From an uncultured Gemmatimonadaceae bacterium (GTDB lineage Bacteria > Gemmatimonadota > Gemmatimonadetes > Gemmatimonadales > Gemmatimonadaceae): a DNA stretch of 64,000 nucleotides. Positions 1 to 10,460 of the stretch are shown here, piece after piece. Both the position numbers and the translations under genes were made by a program. The notes under the pieces were generated by a model, which saw nothing but the letters and a program-made list of their open reading frames with translations, ran no database searches and was not told where the DNA came from. The first letter of the stretch is position 1, and the number at the start of each line of letters is the position of its first letter. Location: NCBI GenBank assembly GCA_963817955.1, contig CAWFQK010000002.1:608001-672000 (forward strand), given 5' to 3'.

Positions 1-132
1 CTGGGCAAGCGACTCCAGCTCGTCATCCGATCGCGCGACGGCAACGATGTCGTACTTTGGTGCAAGGCGAAGCGCGGTAGCACGTCCGATCCCGCGCGAA
101 GCTCCGGTGATGACGGCGACTGGCTTGGGCAT
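1..132 (-). CDS. SDR family oxidoreductase, N-terminal part (runs off the window)
   Basis: Manual translation MPKPVAVITGASRGIGRATALRLAPKYDIVAVARS contains the TGxxxGIG Rossmann motif. Not in the ORF track because it is truncated. Confidence 0.85.
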   Translation of the reverse strand, partial: MPKPVAVITGASRGIGRATALRLAPKYDIVAVARSDDELESLAQ

Positions 133-138
133 CTGAGA

Positions 139-144
139 AAGCTA
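139..144 (-). promoter_or_regulatory. Putative -10 box (TAGCTT) 6 nt before the SDR ATG; likely leaderless mRNA
   Basis: Minus strand reads TAGCTT-TCTCAG-ATG with no Shine-Dalgarno. Confidence 0.5.
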
Positions 145-204
145 CACCGGCTCAGGCGTCAGGGCGAATGGACGATGGGCCCGTCTGGGCGTGCCCGTCG
201 CACG

Positions 205-2355
205 CTACGGTTGCCGTGCCACGGGAGCGGTCGGTACACCCAGCGTGGCCAGCACGCCGGGCGCACTCGCCAGTGCATTGTCAAACGTCTTCGACGAAAT
301 CCCGATCAATTGTTGTTCGGCAATCCACCGCTCGAGTTGCTCGACGCTCGCGGCCGGGCGCGTAATACCGGGGCCGCTTGCGCGGTCTCGCGTGACTCCC
401 AACCACGCATTGCGGCCATCGCGCTTGGCGATGAACGTCGCGACGTCCGCAAGCTCGAGCACCGCGGTCCAGGCAAGCGCATCCGGCGCGCGGAGATCGA
501 ATGGAAATGCCGCGAAGCCGATCGAGCAGGTGAGACGAATCATGCGTCCGTCCGACATGGTCATCACATGCCGCTCGATCGCTTGACGAAGTCGCTCGGC
601 AGTCACTGGTGCCTGCATGCGATTCGTGAAACGCGCAACGATCAGGAATTCCTCACCGCCCCAGCGGACCACGATATCGGAATCGCGACACGTCGTGCGC
701 ATCACCGCCGCCAATTGAACCAGGAGCTCATCGCCGACGGCATGGCCGAATTCGTCGTTGACCGACTTGAAGTGATCCAGGTCGAGCACGAGAAAGATGA
801 GATCCGCGTCTTCAGCCGCAGCGCCCCGCGCGAGAGCCGCACGATGACGGCGCAGGCTGGCGGCCGTATCCATCTGCATGGTCTGCTGTACGTAGCGGCG
901 ATTCCACAGGCCCGTCAGCGCATCCGTCACGCTCATGGCCTCGGCGAGGCGCGATCGCTCCACGCGTCGCCGATAGAGGAAGAACGCGACCACGGCGATG
1001 AGAATCGCCAGGGCCGCCGCGCCGTCACGTTGCGACTCGCCGGTGCGGGCCTCGAGCTGCAGTTCGGTCTGATGCCGCCGGAGCGAATCGATCTCCTGCA
1101 TGCGCCGGACGTCGACGTACTGACCCTCCAGCGCTCCAATTCGATCCTCGGTTTCGGAGTTGAAGATCGAATCGCTCACCGCCTTCGAGCGCTTGAACGC
1201 CTGTAACGCAGCGGCGAGGTCGCCCCGCGACTCTTTGATCGCGCCCAGCTCATCCGCCGCTTGACGCACCAGATCGCGCGAGCCCATCCCTTCAGCGATG
1301 GCCAGCGCCAAACGAGCATGCTCGTCGGCCTGCTGCGGCTGCTGCGCCTGTCTCTCGCACTGGGCGAGTCCGAGCTCGATCTGGGCTTCCAGTCCCTTGT
1401 CGCCCACGCGATCGGCGATGCCTTTTGCCAGGAGCAGCTTCCGGCGAGCGGCGTCAGGCTGCTTCAAGGCGAGGTAGACGAGTCCGATGTTGCGATGCGA
1501 CAGCGCGATCGCGGAGCGGTCGTCGAGCGCCGAGCGAATCGCCAGCGCCTCCCGGTGATACGAGAGAGCGTGCGACAGATCGCCCTTCTCGAGAAAGATG
1601 TCACCGATGTTGTTCAGCGTCGCGGCAATTCTCGTCTTGTTCGCTTGGGCGCGCCGAATTTGCAGCGCGCGATCGAAGTACGTCAGCGCACGATCGTACT
1701 GGCGCAGCCGCCCATACACAATTCCAATGTTGTTGAGCGACAGTGACACCGATGCGCCGTCCCCCAGCCGCTCACGAATCGCCAACGCCTCCAGGCCGTA
1801 TGCCAGACCCTTGCTGTAGTCGGCGAGATCGGTGGTATAGACATAGCCGAGATTATTGAGTGAATTGGCAATGTCGCGATCGCGGCCGACAATGCGCTGC
1901 AACGCCAGCGCCTCGCCGAACAGCGCGACGGCGCGCGCGGGATTCCCCCTCCGCTGCTCGAGCGAGCCGAGATTACTCACCGCGCGCGCTTGGCCGCCTT
2001 TGTCGCCGACCCGTTCGGCGAATCGACGGCCACTGTCGGCATAGAAGCTCGCCGAATCGTACTGGCCGACGGTCATGTGCGCCCACGCCATTTCGTTGAG
2101 CGTCGCGATGTTCGCCGCCGGATCGGAAGTCACGGCGAAGAGCTTGATCGCCTCGTTCCCGTACCGGATCGCGCGCGCGGGGTCATCGATCTTGTGTGCA
2201 TCGACCAACCTGGCCAGCGCACGCGCACGGTCGAGGCCGCTCAGGCTAGCGAGCCTTCCCTCCAGATCTCCAGCGCCCTGTGCGGCCGCGGAGGTAGCAA
2301 CCAAGATCCAGGCGCCGAGGACGCGAATGACGTGACGGCTCAATCGTCGGGCCAT
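205..2355 (-). CDS. Membrane-anchored TPR-repeat diguanylate cyclase (GGDEF domain)
   Basis: Signal-like N-terminus, multiple TPRs (ANSLNNLGYVY, SLNNIGIVY), TM helix AAALAILIAVVAFFLYRRR, then DALTGLWNRR, DLDHFKSVND, I-site RDSD and RWGGEEF. Confidence 0.92.
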   Translation of the reverse strand: MARRLSRHVIRVLGAWILVATSAAAQGAGDLEGRLASLSGLDRARALARLVDAHKIDDPARAIRYGNEAIKLFAVTSDPAANIATLNEMAWAHMTVGQYDSASFYADSGRRFAERVGDKGGQARAVSNLGSLEQRRGNPARAVALFGEALALQRIVGRDRDIANSLNNLGYVYTTDLADYSKGLAYGLEALAIRERLGDGASVSLSLNNIGIVYGRLRQYDRALTYFDRALQIRRAQANKTRIAATLNNIGDIFLEKGDLSHALSYHREALAIRSALDDRSAIALSHRNIGLVYLALKQPDAARRKLLLAKGIADRVGDKGLEAQIELGLAQCERQAQQPQQADEHARLALAIAEGMGSRDLVRQAADELGAIKESRGDLAAALQAFKRSKAVSDSIFNSETEDRIGALEGQYVDVRRMQEIDSLRRHQTELQLEARTGESQRDGAAALAILIAVVAFFLYRRRVERSRLAEAMSVTDALTGLWNRRYVQQTMQMDTAASLRRHRAALARGAAAEDADLIFLVLDLDHFKSVNDEFGHAVGDELLVQLAAVMRTTCRDSDIVVRWGGEEFLIVARFTNRMQAPVTAERLRQAIERHVMTMSDGRMIRLTCSIGFAAFPFDLRAPDALAWTAVLELADVATFIAKRDGRNAWLGVTRDRASGPGITRPAASVEQLERWIAEQQLIGISSKTFDNALASAPGVLATLGVPTAPVARQP

Positions 2356-2485
2356 CGAATTCTGCCAAGAACTTGTGAGGGGGACCGCACGGGCGGAGGA
2401 TACGCGGTACTGACGTGGAGAGTTGGTGTGCGGTAACAGGTACGCCTCGGCAGAGGGGGCGACCAGTACGTGCCACCGTGGCCGG

Positions 2486-4003
2486 TCACCCCAACAGCCG
2501 CTCCACCGCTCGCACGAGCGGGGCGAATGTCAGTGGCTTCCCGGCGACCCGCGCGGCCTGTTCGTGCGCCATCTCACGCTGCCCTTCGCCAAACAGGGCA
2601 AGGCAGATCCACGGGCCAGCGCGTGGGTTGCGCCACCAGTCGACGTCGTACCGTTCGACGAGGGTCTCGGAGAGCAGCGCTTGGAGCTGCCACGCGCGGA
2701 GATATCGCGCCGAGTAGTAGCGCGCATCGACGTCGACGAACGCATCGGCACGGCTATACCGAAAGGTCGTGGCGGCCGTCAGCTGGTCGACGTACAGATC
2801 TGGCAGCGCATCCCAAGGCACGTTCCCGCCGTACAGCTCAACCTCGTAGATCAGCTTTGCGCAGTAGCGCCGCAGAAAATGGAGCTCCTCGAATCCTGCT
2901 GCGCGCAGAAACGACGGCATCGCAGACGCGCCGAGTTCCGTGTAGCGCTTGAGCCACCCCTCGTTCTCCAGGAGGTGATCGAACAGCATCGCGTACCCTT
3001 CAGTGATCGAGTTGTCGCCGAGCCAGCGGTACTCGAACGCGAGGTCGGGGCGGATGTACGCGAAATGGAGCGCGTGTCCCAGCTCGTGGAGAAAGGTGTT
3101 CCAGTCGGTCTGGCCGCCATGTGGACGCAGCACCAGGTATACTTCTGCCGGCACGCGCACGGGCGAACAGAAGGCGCGCGAGCGCTTCCCTTCCCGCTCG
3201 CCCGTATCGAGCGTGATGCGCCCGCCGGCGAGCGGATCGATGCCCATCTCGCGCACCTGGCGGCTGATCGACTCCTCCATGCGGTTCGACGGAAAGTAGG
3301 CATCGAACTCGCGGGCCCGGAAGAGCGCCAGCGCATCGGCACGCGTCAATTCGGAAACGCTCATGCCGAGCACGCGCCTGGCGCATTCCGGAAGCACGTC
3401 GTCCCACATGGCCTGCGTGTCGCGCAGGAACTGTTCGCACTCGGCCTTGAGGCCCGACAGCGAGACACCGCTCAGCAGCTCGAACGTCGCGTTGTAGTCG
3501 TTGGCCAGGCCGAGCTGCTCGGTGATGTCGCGCTCGCGCTGAAAGCGCTCCCGGCGGATCGGCGCGAACTCGCGCTCGACGAGCTTCGAACGTGCCGCTT
3601 CAATGGCGTGGCGCTCGGCAGCGTCCGTGCTGTTCGCCAGTGCGATGGACGTGGCCTCGAACTGGATCTGGCTGCCGTCGGCGACGCGCACCACCGCGCT
3701 GCGCTCCCAACTGATCTCGCGCTCATCCAGCGTCGCGAGCTGACGAGCGCTCTGTGACTCCGCCTGCCAGTCGAGTAGCAGGCGCGCCGACCGCTGCTCC
3801 TCGGTGCCTTGTGACGCGTTGCGGAACGCCTCGAGCGCCAGGGCGAGCGCATCGGGACCGAGGATGTCGGCATACTTCGCATAGATCGGCTGGAGCTCGG
3901 CGCCATCCTTCTGCCCCGAATGCGCCAGGTAGTACTCCCGCGAAATTTCCTGCATGAAGGCTTCACCGGCTTCGCGAAGCCGGTCGAACGACAATCGAGT
4001 CAC
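2486..4003 (-). CDS. Zinc metallopeptidase, M3/oligoendopeptidase-like
   Basis: [10 protein letters not shown] (HExxH), downstream third ligand [10 protein letters not shown], and [10 protein letters not shown] motif. Start overlaps the glyQS stop. Confidence 0.75.
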   Translation of the reverse strand: MTRLSFDRLREAGEAFMQEISREYYLAHSGQKDGAELQPIYAKYADILGPDALALALEAFRNASQGTEEQRSARLLLDWQAESQSARQLATLDEREISWERSAVVRVADGSQIQFEATSIALANSTDAAERHAIEAARSKLVEREFAPIRRERFQRERDITEQLGLANDYNATFELLSGVSLSGLKAECEQFLRDTQAMWDDVLPECARRVLGMSVSELTRADALALFRAREFDAYFPSNRMEESISRQVREMGIDPLAGGRITLDTGEREGKRSRAFCSPVRVPAEVYLVLRPHGGQTDWNTFLHELGHALHFAYIRPDLAFEYRWLGDNSITEGYAMLFDHLLENEGWLKRYTELGASAMPSFLRAAGFEELHFLRRYCAKLIYEVELYGGNVPWDALPDLYVDQLTAATTFRYSRADAFVDVDARYYSARYLRAWQLQALLSETLVERYDVDWWRNPRAGPWICLALFGEGQREMAHEQAARVAGKPLTFAPLVRAVERLLG

Positions 4004-5346
4004 TGCGCGAGACGGTCTCGGATGACGGAACCGACGCGGTCGGCGGCGACGCGCTCCTGTTGTAGCGTATCTCTCTCCCGGATGGTGACCGTGCCATCCG
4101 CCATCGTCTGCCCATCGACCGTGAGACAGAACGGCGTGCCGACTTCGTCCTGTCGCCGATACCGGCGTCCAATGGCTGCCGACTCGTCGTAGAACACCGG
4201 AAAGTGCTGACGGAGGTCCTTCGCCAGCTTCTGGGCAAATTCGGGCATGCCGTCCTTCTTCACGAGCGGGAAGATGCCCGCCTTGATCGGCGCGAGTGAC
4301 GGATGCAGGCCGAGCACGGTGCGCCCTTCGTCTTCACCTTCCACCTTCTCCTCGCGATAGGCATTCACGAGCACGGCGAGGGCGGTGCGGTCGGCGCCGA
4401 CGGACGTCTCGACGACGAGCGGCACATAACGGCGGTTGTTCGGCTGATCGAAGTATTCGAGTTTCTTGCCCGAATACTCCTGGTGGCGCGTGAGGTCGAA
4501 ATCGCCACGGTTGTGTACACCCTCGATTTCCTGAAAGCCGAGGGTGCCACCGAAGTCGAACTGGATGTCGAACGCGGCGCGTGCATAGTGCGCCAACTCC
4601 TCGGGCGTGTGCTGATGGAACAGCAGCCGCGCCGGATCGATGCCCAGCGACTGGTGCCATGCCATGCGCTGTTCCTTCCAGTACTCGAACCACTGCATGT
4701 CCGTGCCCGGCTCGACGAAGAACTGCATCTCCATCTGTTCGAACTCGCGCGTTCGAAAGATGAAATTGCCTGGCGTAATCTCGTTCCGGAATGCCTTGCC
4801 GATCTGCGCGATGCCGAACGGAACCTTCTGGCGCGTGGACTGCTGCACGTTCAGAAAATTCACATAGATGCCCTGCGCGGTCTCGGGGCGGAGATAGGCG
4901 ACGGAGGCGCTGTCCTCGACCGGCCCCATGAACGTCTTGAACATCAGGTTGAACATGCGCGGCTCGGACAGCGTGCCCTTCATGCCGCAGGCCGGACACT
5001 GCGCGTCGGGCGTGCCCGGCGTGCCCTTGATCTTGGGGTCGTCGGCGCGAAAACGCTTCTTGCAGTTATGACAGTCGATGAGCGGATCCGTGAAGCCGGC
5101 GACGTGGCCGCTGGCCTCCCAGACGCGGGGATGCATGAGAATTGCCGCATCGAGTCCCTCGATGTCGTCGCGCGCGCGGACCATCGCGTTCCACCAGCGG
5201 TCCTTCAGGTTCCGTTTGAGCTCCACTCCGAGTGGACCGTAGTCCCACACCGAGCCCGCACCGCCGTAGATCTCGGATGACTGAAAGACGTAGCCACGGC
5301 GCTTACAGAGAGAGACGAGTTTTTCGAGGACGTCTGGGGTGGACAT
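4000..5346 (-). CDS. glyQS: Glycine--tRNA ligase, alpha2 (GlyRS-1) type
   Basis: [42 protein letters not shown] and [14 protein letters not shown]. Start placed at MSTPDV. Confidence 0.97.
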   Translation of the reverse strand: MSTPDVLEKLVSLCKRRGYVFQSSEIYGGAGSVWDYGPLGVELKRNLKDRWWNAMVRARDDIEGLDAAILMHPRVWEASGHVAGFTDPLIDCHNCKKRFRADDPKIKGTPGTPDAQCPACGMKGTLSEPRMFNLMFKTFMGPVEDSASVAYLRPETAQGIYVNFLNVQQSTRQKVPFGIAQIGKAFRNEITPGNFIFRTREFEQMEMQFFVEPGTDMQWFEYWKEQRMAWHQSLGIDPARLLFHQHTPEELAHYARAAFDIQFDFGGTLGFQEIEGVHNRGDFDLTRHQEYSGKKLEYFDQPNNRRYVPLVVETSVGADRTALAVLVNAYREEKVEGEDEGRTVLGLHPSLAPIKAGIFPLVKKDGMPEFAQKLAKDLRQHFPVFYDESAAIGRRYRRQDEVGTPFCLTVDGQTMADGTVTIRERDTLQQERVAADRVGSVIRDRLAQ

Positions 5347-5411
5347 GTTGATGAGTAAAAGACGGCGGCCCTTGGCCGCGTAAACCCCCACGTTTAGCGC
5401 TTAAAAGTTAC

Positions 5412-6428
5412 TCAGGCATCGAGTTCGGCGCTCAGCTTCGGCTCGGGAGGGACGCCCTTGCCCAGGACACTGGCAACGATCTTTTCGCCGTGGTAGCGGC
5501 CGTTCTCGATAAACACTTTGTTCGCATCAAATCCGGCGACCACGACGCCGGCGATGAAGATGCCCGGCACCGCCGTCTCCAGTGTATCTGGATCGTGGGC
5601 CGGAATGCCGGTCGCTGGATCAATCGGAACGCCGGCCTGGCGCAACAGATCCGTGTTCGGCGCGAATCCGGTCAGCACGTACACCCGGTCGGCCTTCAGG
5701 CGCTCCTCGCCGCGCAGCGACGTGACCACGACTGACGCGTGCTCGATGCCCGCCACGCGACTCTCCCATCGTGTACCGATACTCCCTTCCTTCTCGCGAT
5801 TGAGAAAATCGGGCAGCACCCACGGCTTGATCTTCTTGTCGAACGTGGGCAGGTAGTGCACGAGCGTGACCCGTGCGCCCGATCGCCACAGGTCGAGCGC
5901 CGCCTCGGCCGCCGAGTTCCCGCCCCCGACGACCACCACGTCCTGATCGAAGGCCTCGTGGCCTTCGCGGTAGACGTGCGACACGTGCGGCAGATCCTCG
6001 CCCGGCACCCGCAAATAGTTCGGCGACCCGAAGTACCCAGTGGCCACGACGACCGCTCTTGCCTGTGTCTCGCGGGGTCCATTGGCGCGCGAATCAGAAT
6101 GCACGACGAAGCCGTCGCCGTCACGCTCGATCGACGTGACGCGCTCGTACTGCCGCAGCGGGATACTGAAATGCTTCACCACCGCGCGGTAATACGCGAG
6201 CGCATCCCGCCGGGACGGCTTATCCGTTGCCACGATGAACGGCAGTCCGCCGAGCGACAGCTTGTCGGCGGTCGAGAAGAACCGCACGTACAATGGATAC
6301 TGCATGATCGTGCTGACCACCGATCCACCGTCGAGCACGAGCGTCTTCAATCCGGCGCGCTGTGCCGAAATAGACGCCGCCAGGCCGCATGGTCCGGCCC
6401 CGATGATGAGAAGATCGACGCGAGACAC
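5412..6428 (-). CDS. ypdA: YpdA-family FAD/NAD(P)H oxidoreductase (putative bacillithiol disulfide reductase)
   Basis: IIGAGPCGLA, FFST..KL, EALAYYR-like RDALAYYR, VVGGGNSA and C-terminal FIENGRYH. No CxxC. GTG start right after the purA stop. Confidence 0.8.
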   Translation of the reverse strand: MSRVDLLIIGAGPCGLAASISAQRAGLKTLVLDGGSVVSTIMQYPLYVRFFSTADKLSLGGLPFIVATDKPSRRDALAYYRAVVKHFSIPLRQYERVTSIERDGDGFVVHSDSRANGPRETQARAVVVATGYFGSPNYLRVPGEDLPHVSHVYREGHEAFDQDVVVVGGGNSAAEAALDLWRSGARVTLVHYLPTFDKKIKPWVLPDFLNREKEGSIGTRWESRVAGIEHASVVVTSLRGEERLKADRVYVLTGFAPNTDLLRQAGVPIDPATGIPAHDPDTLETAVPGIFIAGVVVAGFDANKVFIENGRYHGEKIVASVLGKGVPPEPKLSAELDA

Positions 6429-6429
6429 C

Positions 6430-7710
6430 CTAGAGCCCGATGATCTGATCCCGGCGCGTGCCCACACTCACATAGCTGATGCGTGCCTCGATCAACTCCT
6501 GCACGCGATCGAGGTACCGCCGCGCCTCCACCGGCAAATCGTCCATGCGGCGCGCCTCGGCCGTGGACTGCTGCCAGCCATCCATCCACTCGTACCGCGG
6601 TACCACATGTTCGAGCACGGTGATGTCGCCGGGAAATTCCGTGTGGATCTCGCCGTCGTGCTCGTAGCCGGTGCAGATCGCCACGCGATCGAGCGTATCG
6701 AGCACGTCGAGCTTCGTCACCGCCACGTCGGTGAGTCCATTGATGCGCGTTGCGTAGCGAACCACGACAGCGTCGAACCAGCCGCAGCGGCGCGCGCGTC
6801 CCGTCGTCGCGCCGAACTCGTTGCCGAGTGAACGCACCCGCTCGCCCATTTCGCCGAGCATCTCCGTAGGCAGCGGGCCGGTGCCCACCCGCGTCGTATA
6901 CGCCTTCACGACGCCCAGCACGGCATCGATCGACGTCGGCGCGATGCCGGTACCGATCGCCGCGCCGCCCGACGTGGTACTACTCGACGTCACGAAGGGA
7001 TACGTGCCGTGATCGACGTCGAGCAACGAGCCCTGCGCGCCTTCGAGGAGAATGGCCGCGCCGCTCTTCTGCGCGCGATGCACCATCAGCCCCACATCGT
7101 CGGCGAGCGGCAGTAGCCTGCCAGCCAGCCGGTCGAGCAGATCCAGGGTCACCGACGTGTCGGCACGCTTGGCGCTGCCGAATGCGACGAGCTGCGCGTT
7201 TGCGCGCTCCGTGCCGCGCTCCACGAGTTGGCGCAGGCGGTCGCGATTGCGGAGATCGAGCACGCGCACGCCCCGCCGCGCCACCTTGTCCTCGTACGTG
7301 GGACCGATGCCGCGCCCCGTCGTGCCGAGTTCGCGGCTGTGCGAGCTCTCGGCGTCGAGCAGCTTATGGTATGGCAGCACCAAGTGCGCGCGGTCGCTCA
7401 CGTACAGACGACCCTCGACATCGATGCCGTCCTTGACCAGTCCGTCGATCTCGGTGAACAATGTCTCCGGATCGAGCACCACGCCGTTGCCGATCGCGCA
7501 GCGCACGCCTTCGTGCAGGATGCCGCTCGGGATCTGATGAAGCACGAATGAGTGCTTGCCGAGATCCACGGTGTGTCCCGCGTTCGCCCCGCCCTGGTAG
7601 CGCACCACCCAGTCAGCGCGCTCAGCGAGCACGTCGACGAGCTTGCCTTTCCCTTCATCGCCCCACTGCGCTCCGACGACGACGACCGTGCGTTTACTCT
7701 GGTTGAACAT
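6430..7710 (-). CDS. purA: Adenylosuccinate synthetase
   Basis: [47 protein letters not shown]. Start placed at MFNQSKR. Confidence 0.98.
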   Translation of the reverse strand: MFNQSKRTVVVVGAQWGDEGKGKLVDVLAERADWVVRYQGGANAGHTVDLGKHSFVLHQIPSGILHEGVRCAIGNGVVLDPETLFTEIDGLVKDGIDVEGRLYVSDRAHLVLPYHKLLDAESSHSRELGTTGRGIGPTYEDKVARRGVRVLDLRNRDRLRQLVERGTERANAQLVAFGSAKRADTSVTLDLLDRLAGRLLPLADDVGLMVHRAQKSGAAILLEGAQGSLLDVDHGTYPFVTSSSTTSGGAAIGTGIAPTSIDAVLGVVKAYTTRVGTGPLPTEMLGEMGERVRSLGNEFGATTGRARRCGWFDAVVVRYATRINGLTDVAVTKLDVLDTLDRVAICTGYEHDGEIHTEFPGDITVLEHVVPRYEWMDGWQQSTAEARRMDDLPVEARRYLDRVQELIEARISYVSVGTRRDQIIGL

Positions 7711-7747
7711 GCGAGGGGCGAGTGACGAGGGGCGGTGAACGACGGAC

Positions 7748-7781
7748 AAAAAAATACGCCCCGACACAAGGCGCGGGGCGT
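7748..7781 (-). terminator. Intrinsic-terminator-like hairpin inside the purA 5' leader
   Basis: Minus strand ACGCCCCG-CGCCTTGTGT-CGGGGCGT-ATTTTTTT. Confidence 0.65.
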
Positions 7782-7787
7782 TGTTTG

Positions 7788-7815
7788 AATCTACCGGGGC
7801 GGGCGAGGGAGTCAA
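7788..7815 (-). promoter_or_regulatory. Sigma70-type promoter of purA
   Basis: TTGACT-N16-TAGATT on the minus strand. Confidence 0.6.
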
Positions 7816-7823
7816 TTGAGCGG

Positions 7824-8003
7824 GGGACACGGGACACGGGACAACCCACAACGCGTTACCAGTTACGCGTTACCAGTTGGCTTCTACCGCCGGGCGCCAT
7901 GCGTGTCGGCCACAATCCCCGGTCGGCGAGGTTCGAGTTTCCAGTCGTGAGTTGTGCGTTGTGAGTTTCTCGTGTCCCGTGTCCCGTGTCCCGTGTCCCG
8001 TGC
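7824..8003. repeat. Inverted pair of degenerate heptamer tandem arrays (GGGACAC / GTGTCCC family)
   Basis: 8 in-phase heptamers at 7824-7879 and 10 at 7934-8003; the outer ~30 nt of the two arms are near-complementary. Confidence 0.85.
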
Positions 8004-8004
8004 C

Positions 8005-8493
8005 CTACACCGCCGCCACGATCATCCACACCGCCATCACGAACCCGATCGCGATCTTCACTGCCGCGGCAGTCACACGCCCAATGAGCGCGCCCCATGC
8101 AACGCGGGTCGCCGTCCCGTGACCACCACCGCGGCTGTACTCGAAAACAAATGCTCCCACGAATGCGCCAACGAACGCGCCAACGATCGACCCGACGACC
8201 GGGACCGGCACGCCCATGAACGCGCCAACCATGCCGCCGATGATCGCGCCCCACCCCGCGCGCCGCGATCCGCCGTACAACCGCGTGAATCGGCTCGCGA
8301 GCAGCCACTCCAATCCCTCGGCGATCACCATGAGGATGCCAATCCCGATCAGCGTGACCAGGCCTATGCCACCGCCCGGCACGAGCAGGTAGTAACAGAG
8401 TGCCGCCGCGAACATCACCAGCGTGCCTGGCATGCCGAATGGAATCATGACCAGGCCGAGTACGATTGCAGCGATCAGTAACAGCACCTGCAT
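8005..8493 (-). CDS. DUF456-like membrane protein
   Basis: Hydrophobic and Gly-rich; PGT, YGGSRRAGWGAIIGG, GAFVGAFVFEY pattern. Confidence 0.75.
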   Translation of the reverse strand: MQVLLLIAAIVLGLVMIPFGMPGTLVMFAAALCYYLLVPGGGIGLVTLIGIGILMVIAEGLEWLLASRFTRLYGGSRRAGWGAIIGGMVGAFMGVPVPVVGSIVGAFVGAFVGAFVFEYSRGGGHGTATRVAWGALIGRVTAAAVKIAIGFVMAVWMIVAAV

Positions 8494-9558
8494 TCAGCTC
8501 AGCTCCGTTGCAGTGCGGGTGAGCACCCGAGCCGCGAGAGCGATCCCGGTTCCGCGCATGTTCGCGAGGGTGTCCCGCATGGTGTGGACGCGTTGAAGCG
8601 TACGCAGATTGCCGCGGCTGAGTGTCGCCGTCTCCCAACCCGCGGCAGCCAGGGCGACATGATCAGTCAATACACCGGGAATCAGGCGAATGATGCGCGC
8701 CGGCTCGCCCGCCGCTTCACACGCGCGATCGAGTGCCGCCAGGAGCGTACGCGGAGTCGACGCGGCGTGCATGACCGTGAGCCGTCCCTCGTCATCAATA
8801 CTGTCGCAGTTGAGCGCCACGCCTGGCGAACGCGACCGTGCCCAGGCACGGGCGCCAGCGAGGCCGAGCTCTTCTCCATCCGTGATCAGCACGCCGACAT
8901 TGACGCTCGGCGGCATCGACTCGGCGGCGTGGAGCACCGCGGATACGCCGCTCGCATTATCGAGCGTACCATGATTGCGCCGCCCAACGGTGGACAGGAG
9001 CAGCGGAATGGCGCCCAACCAGCTCACGGCGAGCACGACGTTTGCCGCCACACCACGCGCGCCCAGCCCGACCACGCAGACAATGATCACACCGATGAGT
9101 CCGGCGGCAGATAGCGCCACGCCACCAACGCGCGTGATCATCGAGACCGGCTGCGACTTGGAGTCGAGGTGGGCGACGAGCCAGACACGCGGTTCACCGT
9201 CGCGGCGCCGCGCACACACGTTGACACCCGCGCGCCGCATGAGCGGCAAGTCGAGCACCCCGAAGCGTGCGACGTATGCGAATATCGGCACGATCACCGC
9301 TACCACTGCGGCGAGCACCAGCCACGCCACCGCTGTACCGCGCCCCAGGTACGCGGCGCCGGCGAACAGGGCGACGCCGGCGCCGGCCAGCGGCGTCGCC
9401 CAGGCGCCGGGAAAGTATGAAAATTCGAATGGCTGTTCGGTGACGATAAACCCCGCTGCCCGCAGCACGCGCGCGCAGTACTCGCGCGCCTCGCCGGCGT
9501 CGCCGACCGGGCGAGATGCGGCGCCGAGCCGCGCCAGGTGCGGCGACGCCGCGTCCAT
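8494..9558 (-). CDS. M28-family metallopeptidase with internal transmembrane segments
   Basis: VAHLDSK, DNASG, DGEELGLAGA, NCDSID, TDH and a C-terminal H. Hydrophobic inserts present. Confidence 0.8.
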   Translation of the reverse strand: MDAASPHLARLGAASRPVGDAGEAREYCARVLRAAGFIVTEQPFEFSYFPGAWATPLAGAGVALFAGAAYLGRGTAVAWLVLAAVVAVIVPIFAYVARFGVLDLPLMRRAGVNVCARRRDGEPRVWLVAHLDSKSQPVSMITRVGGVALSAAGLIGVIIVCVVGLGARGVAANVVLAVSWLGAIPLLLSTVGRRNHGTLDNASGVSAVLHAAESMPPSVNVGVLITDGEELGLAGARAWARSRSPGVALNCDSIDDEGRLTVMHAASTPRTLLAALDRACEAAGEPARIIRLIPGVLTDHVALAAAGWETATLSRGNLRTLQRVHTMRDTLANMRGTGIALAARVLTRTATELS

Positions 9559-10458
9559 TTACTCCACCGTCGCCAGCTCCGCACTCCGCAGCAGCTCGGC
9601 GACGAGCGTTCGCTGCGCATTGTCCAGGGACAGCAGCGGTGACCGAACCGGACCGCCCGCAAGACCAACCTGATCCATGGCGGCCTTCACACCCGCAACG
9701 CCGAACTCCCCCACGATCCTGGTTCCGAGAGGCGAGAGGCGCTCCTGTGCCGCCGCGGCCGGCGATTGCTCGCCGTGGCTCGCCGCATCGTACACGTCGA
9801 GTGTCAGCGCTCCCGCGAACAGCGCCACCGCCAGAATACCGCCGCGCGACCCGATCGACAGCGCGTGATTGAACATGGGCGCGTTGCCCGTCAGCACCGA
9901 AAATCGTTCCGACTGCACCTGCATGTACGACGCGAACAGCTCACGATTGCCAGAGCTATCCTTGATACCGATCACGTTCTCGTGCGTGGCCAGCTCGGCG
10001 ACGAGCGTCGGCGCGAGCGTGAAGTGCATGTACTTCGGAATGTTGTACAGCACCACCGGCACCGGACTCTCATCGGCGACGCGCCAGTAGTGTTGCCTCA
10101 GCGCCAGGTCCGTCATCGCCGCGCCATAGTAGTGCGGCGCGACCACGAGGACGGCGTCCGCCCCGCGCGCGCCCGCGTCCCGGCTCAGCTGTACGCAGGC
10201 GCGCGTCGACTCCGCCCCTGTCCCGACGATCAGGACCCTGTCGCGGGATACCATCTCGCGTGCCGCATCGACCAGCGCGGCGCGCTCGGCCATGTCGAGC
10301 AGCGCCGCCTCACCGGTCGAGCCGGTCACGACGACGCCGGTCATGCCGGCCTTCATGTGCACATCGATGTTCGCGGCGAACGCCGCCAGATCTACGTCGC
10401 CCGTGTCGCGATAGTACGTCGTGACGACGGGTGCGAATACGCCAGATAGCTGTTTCAT
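9559..10458 (-). CDS. Dihydrodipicolinate synthase (DapA/NanA/HOGA) family aldolase
   Basis: GSTGE, LYNIP and Schiff-base motif IGIKDSSG. Confidence 0.9.
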   Translation of the reverse strand: MKQLSGVFAPVVTTYYRDTGDVDLAAFAANIDVHMKAGMTGVVVTGSTGEAALLDMAERAALVDAAREMVSRDRVLIVGTGAESTRACVQLSRDAGARGADAVLVVAPHYYGAAMTDLALRQHYWRVADESPVPVVLYNIPKYMHFTLAPTLVAELATHENVIGIKDSSGNRELFASYMQVQSERFSVLTGNAPMFNHALSIGSRGGILAVALFAGALTLDVYDAASHGEQSPAAAAQERLSPLGTRIVGEFGVAGVKAAMDQVGLAGGPVRSPLLSLDNAQRTLVAELLRSAELATVE

Positions 10459-10460
10459 TA

